From NCBI GenBank assembly GCA_000708835.1, contig DF237007.1, forward strand, positions 62,001-126,000: a DNA stretch of 64,000 nt, given 5' to 3'. The stretch's first letter is position 1, and every line of letters begins with the position of its first letter. The DNA comes from Klebsormidium nitens. Taxonomy: Eukaryota; Plantae; Klebsormidiophyceae. The notes under the pieces were generated by a model. The model was not told where the DNA came from. It saw only the letters and a list, made by a program, of their open reading frames with translations, and ran no database searches. Of this stretch, positions 1 to 12,200 are shown piece by piece. Made by a program: the position numbers and the translations under genes.

Positions 1-396
1 GGAACAAGCTGGAACACCGAGTCTGGGATGATCAATATAAGACAAGTGCGAGGTAGGCAGGGAAGGAGCTGAAGCAGAAGCAATATGCGCAGAAAATGCT
101 TGCTGACCCGAAAATCTCTACCTTATGTCAATCAGCAACACGATTGCAAAAAGTTGTCGGGCAAGAAGTCTTATGCCCAAAAAGCCATTCATCGTTTTCT
201 GATCACAACAACAGCGCAATGCGCCGCCCCTCTGTCAGGGAAAGGCTGCAAAGGAGCCCAGCCTTGCAGAGACTCCTCCAACACCAACGAAGCTCGGGGC
301 AGAATCTACCATCGTTTCAATAAGCCACATGTCATTCTTGCTTCCGCAAAAAGGGACTTCTGTTGAAACAAACTGAGTGCCACAATTGACGCTCAC

Positions 397-1549
397 CGCT
401 TCCCAGTCGTTTAGAACGTCTATCTCCGCCAGGGTGAGCCCCTCGAGGTCCCCGTTAATGTCTTCCGGCTTGAATGACATCTTTGCGAGGGCGCGGCTGG
501 CGTCCCTGCAGGGGGGGGGGGAGATTGCTCTATTTTTAGCACAGAACTGAGATGTCTTAGTAGTGAAAGGTGTGGCGTTTGACTGTAAGTGGCTGACCAA
601 TCGCTGCCATCAAGGGCGGAGACAGCGGCCGCCCAAGATCTGTCAGTTTCTATCGCTGGGAGCTTGAGGGAGTGTTACATATGAAAGTTGAAATCTGAGG
701 GCTTCCTCCTCTTTTGATTCGCATTTGGGGAATCTGCTGATTGTTGTTGGCGGCAGATCAAAGCGAGATCTTTGCTTGACTGGATCAGAATGGACACTGA
801 AAATCATCTGTAGTGGCTACTGAACCTGGGGGGATTGCATATTGCAGCAGAGCAATTGCGATGTTTGACTTGGTAAAATCTACCTGATACAAGTCCACAC
901 CAAATGGAGCACAAGTCACACAATAATCCCAGATTACACCCTCTTTAGGTGAGAAAGAGTTGCAGAGTTTTTGAGGAGCACAAGGTGGTCAAGGGTAAAC
1001 CCTTGAACTGCTAAGTTCTGCAATGTACATCCTCAGATACAAGCCTTTATCAAAATCAATTGCTCACAGAAACGTCTTCCTTAGTGCCCCAGCACGGCAG
1101 GCAAGCAAAACCACGGCATTCTCAAGTTGCAGCAGAGAGTCCGGCTTCTGTCAATGATTGCTTTCGTGCTGGCACCTCGACTTTGATCTTATATGACAAT
1201 GCAGCAATTGGCTAGCTCACCGTCCAGCAAACGCACAGTACGGACCGTCGGGTGGCCCGTAGAAATCCTTGCCCTTGGTTACATCATAGATATTGCCCTT
1301 GATCGCCATCATGAGCGGCTTGGTGGGGTCCCTCCCATCATACTGCTCCAGCTCAAATGCTGTGATCTCCCCCACCTCAATTGACTCTATCACCGGTTCC
1401 GGTTCTTTCTCAGCCATGGCCTGTCTGCGCCCCCCGGGCTTTCGGATGAAGCGGAAGTAGACTGAGAGAAGCAGGAGCGCAACTGCGATGAAGGTACCAA
1501 GCGGGGACTCGAGGACTCCTTTGGATTTCGGGGCCTCCAGCTCGGCCAT
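397..1549 (-). CDS. MSBP: Membrane steroid-binding protein (MAPR family, cytochrome b5-like heme/steroid-binding domain), 3'-partial
   Basis: Exons 1549-1221 and 505-397 with GT/AG ends and matching phase 2. They encode MAELEAP, an N-terminal TM helix (GTFIAVALLLLSVYF), then ITAFELEQYDGRDPTKPLMMAIKGNIYDVTKGKDFYGPPDGPYCAFAGR|DASRALAKMSF...DVLNDWEA, the typical MAPR motifs. The final exon was not found in the window. Confidence 0.93.
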
Positions 1550-1987
1550 TCGAGGGTTCTTTGGAAAGCTTTGAAGCCGCCTGTAGATGTAGAAGATTGC
1601 CCCTGACTTCTTCCAAGAGTTTGTCAACAGGCAGAAGCGACACACACACACACGCGCGACAGGCTCATGCTGCCGCACGAGACTCGAACCATTCGGACAG
1701 TGCGGACGGCCGCTGAAGCCGGTGCGGTAGGTCGAGTCCTAAACGTCTTCAACCATCCGGAGCCATTGGCTTGATGTGCATTGAAATTTTTGGAAGCGAA
1801 CGGTGTCCGCAAGTGTCCAAACAATGGCCAAGGCGGGCCCAAAACCCGGCGCAAGCCTGCATGGCCGCTTCAAGTTCTAGTGCGGCAAGCCCGGCCGCGG
1901 CGCCGATCGAGCCGCGCGCGCCGCGCGCATTCAACGTAAACCGTGACCAATGTCAAAGAACGCACTCAGCTGGAAGAATCAATCGCC

Positions 1988-3071
1988 ATGGCAGGCGCTC
2001 CCTCTGCATTCGAGCTACCAGCCGCAGCAATGTCCTCTTCAGGCGGGTCCTTCTCTGCTCCCTCTTCCTCATGGCGACCTTCAGCGGCCGCGTGCGTGCG
2101 GCAAAGCCGCGTCAATTTGAAAAGACCATCGCAGGCATCATGATCAGGACAGTCAAACCGGAGGCCAGCGTTGGGGTCATGACCTTGCCTGACCCGGAGG
2201 TCATAAATGCGTATCTTCGCACCAACACGAGTCTAAAAAACATTCTCCTGCCTGACGATCCGCCGCTGCAGCTAATCAAGTGCGAGATCTATCTGATGTT
2301 TACAGGGGCTTTGTTCAGTTTCTACACGGCAGACCATCCAGGGGGTTGTGATGAGGCCCCTCATCCAGTCGTCAAAACACTGTTCTAACAGCGAGAAGTT
2401 CTGGAACTATGAGCTTCGGCGGTGGCTGTGCTCTTGGCCCCTACTAGTGACTCTTGCGGGTATTCACGCCTTCATCCTGACTCTGGTGTCCGAAGAGTAC
2501 CGCAACAGGATTGACATAGAGGTCGGTGTGCACGGAGAGCCCGTTGCATAGCTTTAGGGTGGTTCCTGCCACTCTGCGTTATTGGGGGCTTCGTCTTGGC
2601 GGTCAAGTGGACTGCAGTGCACGTGAATGCACTGCAGTCCATCTGCCAGACCCTGCAGAGGGCATCAACGGATTTCTGCACTCGAACAAGATCAGTCTGA
2701 CTCTTCATCGTTGCGTCGCTTTCCAATGGGAAAACCCCGGAACTCATTATCCGCTGTTCGAGTTTTACACTGGCATGCCCAAGAGCTTCTGCCCCCAGCT
2801 TTTTGCAGCAAAGGCTATCTACGCTGACTACTTGGATGAGCTTCCTGACAACTTCGCATTCGGCGGATATGGTCTCAAGGAAATCTTTCTCATACTGCCA
2901 GGGCGCTGGATCTTGTCAGGTGCCACACTCTTCGGCCTCACCCTCTTCTTGTGCGAGATTCCTTGTTTTATCGTCTTCATCTTTGCCGACTGGTGGCGAG
3001 CTGTAAGCAGAGCACCGAGTAGACCCTCGAACAGGCTTTGCAGAAAGTGCAAGCAGAATGTACCTGAATAG
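1988..3071 (+). pseudogene. Frameshifted paralog of the 373-aa membrane protein at 4242-5363
   Basis: Collinear similarity to 4242-5363 from the ATG at 1988 through LPDPEVINAYLRTNTSL, FYTADHPGGC, RWLCSWP, IGGFVLAVKWT, LPDPAEGIN and FYTGMPKSFC. The homologous frame changes at about 1998, 2383, 2530 and 2614-2642, with no room for introns. Confidence 0.8.
2608..2641. repeat. Perfect 14-bp inverted repeat (hairpin) with 6-nt loop
   Basis: TGGACTGCAGTGCA (2608-2621), loop CGTGAA, TGCACTGCAGTCCA (2628-2641). Confidence 0.9.
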
Positions 3072-4241
3072 TCAGCGAGCGAACAAAGATCTTCTTTTTA
3101 TTGTATGTTCGGCAAAAGTGGCCCTGCTAAGGCAATTCTCTGTCAAGCGCAGACCTGGGACCGGACTTGCAGACAACTTGCTTATGTACGTGTTCCTGTA
3201 GATACATATCTGGACACAGGAATGTTTTTCTTGTCGTGTATCAACCTTCTGCAAAGTAGAAGGCTTTGACGTACACGTCGTGGCCGCGTCATAGGGCTCA
3301 TTCTTATATTCAGACGGCTCTTGATATCTTGCTGTCCAACGTCACTCTCCTTGCCTCACAGATGACTTATTGTGATCATCATATTATCATGAATGAGCCT
3401 CGTAACATTGATACCAATGCAGAATGAATGGAATCGACGCATCTCGTGCTGGGAAAGAGGGGCTCGTGCGGCCGGGTATTCCATGCGTGTCTAGATTTAC
3501 TTCTAACAACCCAGGAGGTTACGCCCTGCTTCTTGCATACTTTGAACCTCCCAATTAATGTGATTGTCTTACGACTTCGCATCTCCTTTGGATGTACATG
3601 TCTGCAACTCAAATAGCGCGTGCTCGGTTAAGTGCAACTGCGAAGCTAGTGCATCTTGCATCTTACACGTGTGTCCCTACTGTTCAACTACAGGCTTCAC
3701 ATGCAATTTCGTATCAGAGATGGAACAAATCGAGGAAAGCCCATGCTCAATTTCAGGACTCGATTTACGTGCACCTTCCCAAGTTTCCGACTGGGAACAG
3801 GATATATAGCGGCTAACTGAGAACCCGAAGTCGTAGAGTGAGAAACGCAAACCGCCTGCGCGCATTGACTAGCCTTCGTGACGTCATGGGGCCAAGCTAG
3901 CGCGTGGTTTTTATCAGGGATTCCCCCTCAACCGGGTCGTCAAGATCCCTGATACCTGGAATATGCCCGGGACAGCCTGAACGCTTTGAAAGTACCTAGT
4001 ACTGGCGGAAGCAAATAGAATCAAGCGCCCGGTAGACACATGCGTGCCCCCTGTCTTCTGCCAAGTGTCTTGTTCGGCAGGTCACCTCTGCACCAGTGTA
4101 AGCTGACAAGGATCAGAAGGACCGAACATTAAAACACCACTTCGTCTCCGGCTGGCTGTCTCCATCTTGAAAGTGCACAGCGGTCTCATGCGGCGTTGAA
4201 TCATAGTTTCATCCTGTCCTGCAGGAGCGCAAGGAGCAACT

Positions 4242-5363
4242 TTGCAAGCAATAGCCATGGCTGCCAACAGCTTCTGCTTTCGTGCTGGCCCCCACAGCCC
4301 CATACTTCTCGGCCTGCTCTTCTTTAGCTCCCTCATTCTCGCCATCTCTTGCAGAAGCATCCAGGCTACCACGCACAGCCTGCCAGGAGACACCAGCAGA
4401 ACGATGCTCGCCTCCGAGGACTTCTGGAACATGAGCCTACCGGATCCTGACGTCATCAACGCGTATCTCCGCAGCAACACGTCGCTCAGGAACAGCCTCC
4501 TGCCTGGGACTCCTCCCCTGCAGCTTATCAAGTGCCACGTGTACCTCATGCAGACGGGGAATTTGTTCAACTTCTACACGGCAGACCACCCGGGGGGGTG
4601 TGAAGAGGCCCCTCGCACAGCGCTCAAACCCATGAGCTCCTATTCCGCCAGCGAGATATTCTGGACGCTTACTTTTCCGAGATGGCTGTGCTTCTGGCCT
4701 TTCCTCCTGGCCCTTGGGTTTGTTCACTTCGTCCTACTGTCACGACTTAATGAAACATACGAGCGGCGAAAGCGATCTGGCGTTTTGACTGCTGCCGAAG
4801 AGAAGGCAGCAGGATTCTTCTTCGTTGCTGCATTCGCTTTGTTGTACGGTAGCTTGTTTGGGGGCTTCATATTCGCCGTCGGATGGACCGATACAGAGGA
4901 GCTGTACCCTCAGCTTTTGCCAGATCCTGCGAGCAACATCAACTCGATATTCCAAACGAGCAACGTTAGCCTAAACTTGCACGTCTGCAACGCGACTTCT
5001 CCACTAACGGGACGGGACGTGACCCTTTTCCAGTTCTACACGGGCATGCCACAGAGCTTCTGCTCTCAGCTCCTGGAAGCGAAGGCCGTCTATGGAGACT
5101 TTCTGGACCATCTTCCGGACGAAGTCAGGTTCGATTACACCACCGGACCTGCATTCTTCCCGATTGTGGGGCGCTCTGTCATTTTAGCCGCCGCCATCTA
5201 TGGGTGGGCTCTGTTAGTGATAGAGGCAATCTATGTGATTGCTATCACTCTCAATCAACGGTCTAACGTCTCCGAAAGAGAGGTCGAAGCCGTCCTAGCT
5301 CAAGAGTTAGACATGGTAGAACAATTGTTTGGGGATCATAAGCAAGACGCAGATCTTCCCTAG
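4242..5363 (+). CDS. Uncharacterised intronless membrane protein (373 aa): signal peptide, 3 TM helices, two internally repeated 2-Cys domains
   Basis: Uninterrupted ORF with a hydrophobic N-terminus and three further hydrophobic segments (WLCFWPFLLALGFVHFVLLS; FFFVAAFALLYGSLFGGFIFAVGW; VILAAAIYGWALLVIEAIYVIAITL). N-glycosylation sequons fall in the predicted luminal parts. Conservation against the adjacent paralog supports coding status. Confidence 0.85.
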   Translation: MQAIAMAANSFCFRAGPHSPILLGLLFFSSLILAISCRSIQATTHSLPGDTSRTMLASEDFWNMSLPDPDVINAYLRSNTSLRNSLLPGTPPLQLIKCHVYLMQTGNLFNFYTADHPGGCEEAPRTALKPMSSYSASEIFWTLTFPRWLCFWPFLLALGFVHFVLLSRLNETYERRKRSGVLTAAEEKAAGFFFVAAFALLYGSLFGGFIFAVGWTDTEELYPQLLPDPASNINSIFQTSNVSLNLHVCNATSPLTGRDVTLFQFYTGMPQSFCSQLLEAKAVYGDFLDHLPDEVRFDYTTGPAFFPIVGRSVILAAAIYGWALLVIEAIYVIAITLNQRSNVSEREVEAVLAQELDMVEQLFGDHKQDADLP

Positions 5364-6299
5364 CTAAGCAGTGCCGTCTGTTAACGGCCAACTGGAGGGG
5401 AACTGGATAGTTGTCTGACCTTATGGACTTGCAGGAGACGATGTCTGACGACTCTGCTGGTTAGTCGCTCGACTTGCAGATGTACCTCTGCCTATATGGG
5501 TGCAGTTTTCTCATTCATGGCCCTGCTTCTAAACCCAGAAGACTCGATTGGACATGTGCTGCTCTTTAATCTATCACGCCAAACTTGTGAAAACCCAGTC
5601 GTTTTCTAAGATCGGCCGAGGTACACTTAACTCATCATTGCAGGCATGTACATGAAAGTGGGAATATTGTTCGAGTCCTCGATCTACGTGCGACATTTGC
5701 AGTAAAAGACATGCAAAGGGATCTGGTTGGAGTAGATGAACGTACTACGGGCCCTAGTCTCGTGGAGCAGAACTAAGATAGATTGACACATGCATGTGCG
5801 GACGCAAGGTCAAGATCGTCTATACACGTTGACTCCATGTATCTTTCAATAGGCAATCTAATGCATGATGCAACTCACACTTTTTTATTGCATCTGATCG
5901 AGATGCTTACAAAGCTCAATCAAAAGTTCTGTTCGGTACAAGAGGGTACACATGTTGGGTCTGTAGCATGCGCATGCAGTCTATCCTAAAGTCGAACAGC
6001 TAGCTTGCAACCTAAACTTTTCAGAGCCTAGCTCTTCCTACTGGTACAAACCCTTAAACCTACAATTAAGCGTAGCTGCAAGCGTGTAGCACGAAGCAAT
6101 CAACCAACACTGTTATACACAACGTCTTCATCCGCTCCAATAGCATAAAATCCGGGTCCTCAGATGGCTCGCTCTGATTCACACTACTATGCACAACCAA
6201 TCCTAATGAGCTCTTTCGAACCACAACACAAGACCGTTAACATCCGTTCGTCCAACTCATCCTTTGACACCATCCCAAAGGGGGCCCTGGGCAAAGGCC

Positions 6300-9200
6300 T
6301 TACATCCCCGCCATGGTGTCAAGCACGGTGGACGTAATACTCTCCGCGCTCACGTCCGGCAGCGGGAAGTATCTCCCGCTTCCGGCGCGCGCGATCTCCT
6401 CCCCAAACGACTCCTGCCGCCACCGCTCGGGGTCGATCACCAGCAGGTTCACGTTTTTCTGCATCAGGGGCGTAAGTTTAGAGTAAGTACTATGGCGTTT
6501 ATCACAGATGGAACGCTGATCCTCAAAGCGTCTTGATTTTGTTCTTTTCGACGTGCACTGCAGCGAGAAGATGTCAAACGTAGGACGGACGTACTAAGGT
6601 CGTATGGAGGAGCGGCTACTATCACGATTTTGACGACTTCTAGAACACATATCCGTCAGACGTGAAAAACGCCAACCGTATGGATCTTCAAGGGCGAGCG
6701 CCGTTATAGAGCGATCTTTCTGCTTGACTTAGTGTGTTCGAAGGTGGTGTCACCATTTCCCACTCGTGATGCACTTCGTGGTTTCGTCCATTCGGAATCG
6801 TGAATGTCAAAGTGAAAATCAGAGTAGTCAAGAATGTGACCTTTACCTGGTCACCGATAACCCGCGCCACGTCCAAAACCTCCTGCTGGACGTCCGCCAT
6901 CGTGTTCTGCGCCGACCGGAAGAAGGCGGACGCCCACGTAGCGCCGTACGAGAGCCGCGTGCCCTTCTTCCCGGACAGGCTCACGTTCGGGTCCGCGTCC
7001 GTAATCGCGACTATTAACACCTTCTCCACCTCGCGCCGTTTCTGCGCGGCTAACCCGGTTTCTAACCCGGTTAGCAGCGCCCGGGCGATCGGGGTTCGGC
7101 CGCCGGTTTGCGAAATAAGTTCGACGCACTTTCGGGCTTCTTGGACGGAGCGGGTGGGAGGGAGGAGAACGGTGGCCCCGCTTTTGGCGAACTGGATGAT
7201 GGCGACTTGGTCCCGGTTAACGTAAACCCGGTCGAGGAGCTGGATAACCGCGCCGCGCACGCTGTGGAGGAAGGCCTCCATGCTGCACGAAGTGTACGAA
7301 GACAAGTTTAGAGACAGGACCAAACCATGGCCTTGGGTCAGAATGCCCTCAAAAGCCTTGGAAGGACGCCTCCTTGTTCTGAAGGAACCGAAATATGCGC
7401 AAACGGGTCGAAGAATGTCAGGATCAAAAGCTGAGATGGCCGAGAAAGACAAGCAGATCCTAACGGTCACGCAGCCAGAGGGTTGACTTACAAGCAACAA
7501 GGGAGTGTCAACGAGCAAACGAAAGGCCTGACGAAGAACGCACTAGCAAGGGATAGCAAAGAGAAAATGGAGAGAAGCGAGCTCGTGCACTTATGAACTG
7601 GCCATTTTTTCCAATCTGCATCTTACGTTGATTCATCCTAATATACGTATTGTGAAGCAGACAACACTTCTCGTACGACCTGCAAAAGAAACACTAAATA
7701 GCAGAGTAAGATCGTGCTCCGTGATGCCGTACCTGCCGCTTGTGTCGACCACAAACACGACCAGGTTTGTCGCCTTCCGGATCCGCTTCTTCTCCCGTAT
7801 GTCCTCCATCCGCACCTGCACCTTTACCCGACTCTCGCCCCGGTTTTTCCGCTCCCTTTCCGCCAGTCTCGCCTGCTGGTGCGGCGCGGAAGCTCTAAGC
7901 GTCGCGTCGACCGCGACGCGACTCATCTCCGGAACCGCCGCCCGGGGGAAGATGGACTTGACGTACCGGCCCCGGAGCGTGGATTCCGCCAGGTTCTTCC
8001 GGTTCCGCCCGACCTTTCCGCGCGACTCGTCCTTGGCGAGCTTCCGCTTGCCCATCAGCTGCAGCATTTTGAGCAGCTCCGGGTCGGCCACTTCGCCCGC
8101 GCGCGAGAGGGTGAACTTGGACGGGAGTGCGCCCACCTGCAGCAGTAAGGAGACTGTAGGGTCAGCATTCGCACAGCGACGGTCGTCGGGTCCTGACCTG
8201 CATTAAGCGCCGTTCCGAGACGAACCGATGATTCAGGATGCGAACAGAAAGAGGCCAGGCTTGCACGTCCGGGACGCGCCACGACGCAAATTGAAATACT
8301 TGGTCAAGACGAGCCATGCCAAGGGCTCTGATCAAGGCGACCCAGTAGAATGTCCGTTTATGACGGCATGCACGTTTTGTCCAGAGTGACCCTGAAACAT
8401 CGATGGGAATCTAGACAAGTCTCTCGATCGCACATCAAGTGTAAGCTGCTCTCACAGCAACACATAGTGGGCTTCGCCGATTCGTCGTCGACTTGGAAGA
8501 CTCTCGCAGCGGATACTCCCGCGCAGAGACCGCGCAGGTCCTAATGAATATGGAGGAGAGGCAATAAACATGCAAGGCAAATCCCTCTGAAAGGCCCACA
8601 GTGTCTGCACTTGCACTTACCTGAGGCCCCTCCCCTTCTTCGCTGGTTCCCATCTCCCCCGCGCCTTCCCGCCCCCCCTCCTCGTTCTTCTCTCCGCCCT
8701 CGCTTTTCTGGTCGAAAGTCACCTTCTCCCGGTCGTCCGTTCCGCCGGAACCCCCGGAATCCGGCGACGAGTCCTTGTTCTTGAACCCCAGACTAAGCTG
8801 CGACATCGCCGCTACCGCGACAGCGGGGTTGTCGTCCTTTTGCGCGGCGGCAAGCGTTTTCTCGAGCGCGCTTTTCTGCTGGAAAAGCCGCCGGAGAGCG
8901 GAACGCTTCCGGTCCCACGAGCGGAACGGCGGAACGGGCCCCGGTTGGGAAAGCGAGTCGGCCTCTTCGGGCGCGACGAGTTGGAGGTGGGACGCCAGCT
9001 CGGTGATGAGAGAGATGAGAGCTTCGGCGTCATCGGGATCCATGGCTGCATAACAAAAACAACCGTATGTTTGATTGCACACATCAGTGGTCATCCGTCG
9101 TCACCAATTCAAGAAGAAGGTGTAGATGAGGGCATGGCAAGGGGACAAAAGTAGTTCTATCATGTAAAGGAAAACAACGTGCTTTTGTCCAAACCTCGAA

Positions 9201-12200
9201 AAACGGATAAGCCGCAGAATAATCAGCCGTTAACCACTAATGGTCAGTCGTAAATATCCATCGAGCGAACATGGCGCTGTGGTTAAGGACAACCCCAACG
9301 GCGGATGTATGATCTGCCGTCAAGCGAAGCAACGCCCGGAACGAGCCTAGCACGAAAGGCGCTTCAACGAGCGACCGGAAAGAAAAGTTCTTTAGTTGTC
9401 CATCCAAGCTGGGAGTGCGTCGGCGACACGCGGCGTGACGCTTTCAGTCCTAACGCTGACTAGCGCAAGTCAGAGTCTCTGTAGGCCACTTTCAAGACGA
9501 AAACCCGGTCCAAAAGAAACCCTCCAGTCTTTTTTGCATTTTTTCCAAAGAATGTCAATCTCCAGTCGCTATCGGTAACTTTTCTGTTTCGTCTTTCTAC
9601 TGAGCACCTTCAACAACTTTTCTATCCTCACCTTTCAGCTGCTCCTCAGTCGTCCCTTCCTCGAGTCCCCGTAGAGTCTCCATGGCCCCCGCCCGCACTT
9701 CCAACGCCTTCAACACCTCGGGCGAGACTTCCCCGGTCGCTTGCTCGTGCGCGATCGCCTCTGCTGCTGCCCGGTCGAACCGCCCAGGAGCTGGCTTTTC
9801 CTCCTCTGCAGAAATACAAGCTCGCACTTCTTCGCGTATATGACACAAGGAACAGTACTATGTACGACTGTCCACATGACTTCAATTGTAGTGCCATAAC
9901 GACTTTTTCTGGATTGGATCTTTCGTTTCAGTGGAAAAATGGCCATAAAGACCTCAACAACATCAAAGAAGATATAAGCGAAGTGTTCAGATGTGAGTAC
10001 GTTGCAAAGCGTTCTCCATGCTCTGGTCGACCTGTTCACAAGAACGAGCCCAGAACTTGTCAAACGGAACGAAAGTATCCAGACTCTTCGGAACGGGCGA
10101 TCAACCCAGAGTCCTCTCGGCTTACTTACTCGCTACCCCTTACCAAGATGAAGCAAGCCGGAACTCCAAAGAACAGTTTCTTCGAAAACTCCCCCTCACC
10201 TTCCTCTTCTCCGTCCTCCTCCGTCTCCACCTCCTTGCTCCGCGGCAGCACCGCCAGCTGTACCGCCGCCCTCAGATCCTCCGCACTTACTGCCCGGGCG
10301 CCCCTCAGCGCGGCATGTGCCTTCGCCACGCGCGCCGCAAACGCTTCCGCCCGGTGACCCTCGCATTGGCCACGGATCGCCTCTTGAACCAAGTACCGGG
10401 TTTGCTCGGAGGAAAGAGTGACGCCCTCACGGAGAATCTCCTGACCCCTCGCGACGATGTTACGGAGATTCGCTTCTGGGTCGGGGGATTGTACCGGTCG
10501 GATAGGGCCGTCCGAGAAGCCCAGCACGCGGTCGACGGCCTCCGGGCGCCATTCGAAAGCGGGCCGCGCCTTTCCGTTGCTGTGTCCGTTTCTATTTCCG
10601 GTTCCGTTTCCGTTTCCGTTTTCGTCGGCCTTCTCACTTGCGGCTTTAGCCCCGTTCTGGCCCCTCGTTTCAACGGCATGCTGGTCTGTAGCCAAAGCTC
10701 GAGCGCCGTTTCCGTTGCTGACATCGTTCTGTCTTTTCCCTCGACTACTAGAGAATATGCCCCGCAATCCAAACCAAGGGCTGCCATTTCCAGTTTCTTT
10801 CTTAGCCCCGTTGCCTCCATTCTCTCTCGCCTGGGCAGCTTTCGTACCCGTCCCCCTGACACTCGTTCCGTTCACATGCTTTCCGCTCATATTCACTCCG
10901 TTCGTACTTGTTCCGTTCGCCGTCGTCCCATTCTCACTGGCCCGATTCACACCCGTTCCCTTCCCTTCGGCTCCATTTGAAGCCCTCAAAACTTTCGACT
11001 CTACTCCCTTTACAGCAACTCGCCCGTTCCCCTCCCTAGCCCCTGCACTTCCATTCTCACCAACACTCATCCTCCCGTTCTCAACCGGCTTGCTTCTCCC
11101 ATTTTCATGCCCGGTCAGTTCAGAAGCGTCTCCGGACTTCGAAACCGGTAGTCCAAAACGCGCGGTTCGAATCGGACCGTCCGCAGTCGCCACGTGCATG
11201 GCGAGTCGATCGAGTAAATGCGGCCGCATCTCCCCCTCTTCGGGGTCCCACGTGGCAATCACTGCAGCGGGGCGGCAGGGGTGCCACACGCTGAGGCCCT
11301 CCCGCTCAATTGCGTTGTAACCAAGGTCGACTGCAGACGAACGGTGTTGAAAGTCAGAGTTAAACGCTTTTCAAATGGACGCTTCGATTCCACGAGAGGA
11401 GTGTTCCTAATGAGTGAAAATTGAGGGATCGTTTGGATTCGAGGATCATTTGTTGCCCCACCGAGCGGTTCTGCCAGAAAGACGTGACACAATGAGAGGA
11501 AGTACTGGTAGATAGTCCGAGAGTACAAGATGGCCCACTCTTTCACCTAGGCATTGTCCACAAGAATCGAGAAGGCGTATATGTCGTTTGAAGAAGCATT
11601 CACAAAATTCACACCAAACAAGACAAGACCACACAGAAAAAGTTCAATATTAACAGCCTTGAGGTTGCTCAAAGTAGCACACTTCAAAAAGCAGGGTTTT
11701 ATGAGTAGATATTTGTAGACTCACTTGCATTGAAGAGAAGATTTGCAACCCCTTCATCTAGCAAGTTGAGGTTATCAACGTACAACACCCCCCGATGCGC
11801 CTCTGCCAACAGCCCGGGTTGGAAAGCCGCCCTTCCGCCTTGCAGCGACTTCTCAAGGTCAACGCTGCCCAGTAGCCGGTCTTCGGTCACGTTCAAGGGC
11901 ACCTGGCAAGTGCATGACAGGTGTCAACGAGATCTTGTACACGTTATGCTTTGAAAGTCGACTTCAGATCTTGAGAGAATTGTCGAATTGACCCAACCGG
12001 GAGCATAAGACAGTTTCGTGGATTAAGGCACGACACGGCCTGCGCCCGCTTCACCGAAAACACATCACGAGTGCTTAGGTCAAGAGGCACGGCTTTTGTG
12101 AGCACTGCAAAACAAAACCTAGACGGTGGGACGCGCCTAAAATACTGCCCTTGGGTACATGCTTGTAATTTCGCTTGCACGGCGTCTACCGTGCGCTTCG

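Noticed and set aside
3912-3954. 10-bp inverted repeat TATCAGGGAT...ATCCCTGATA
   Set aside because: Short with a long loop, within chance expectation for 64 kb; no target-site duplication seen.
10018-11320. Long + strand ORFs (320 aa at 10018-10980; 287 aa at 10457-11320)
   Set aside because: Antisense shadows of the GC-rich, low-complexity ChlD-like exon 3. The Pro/Phe-rich translation simply mirrors the Gly/Asn/Glu codons on the other strand.
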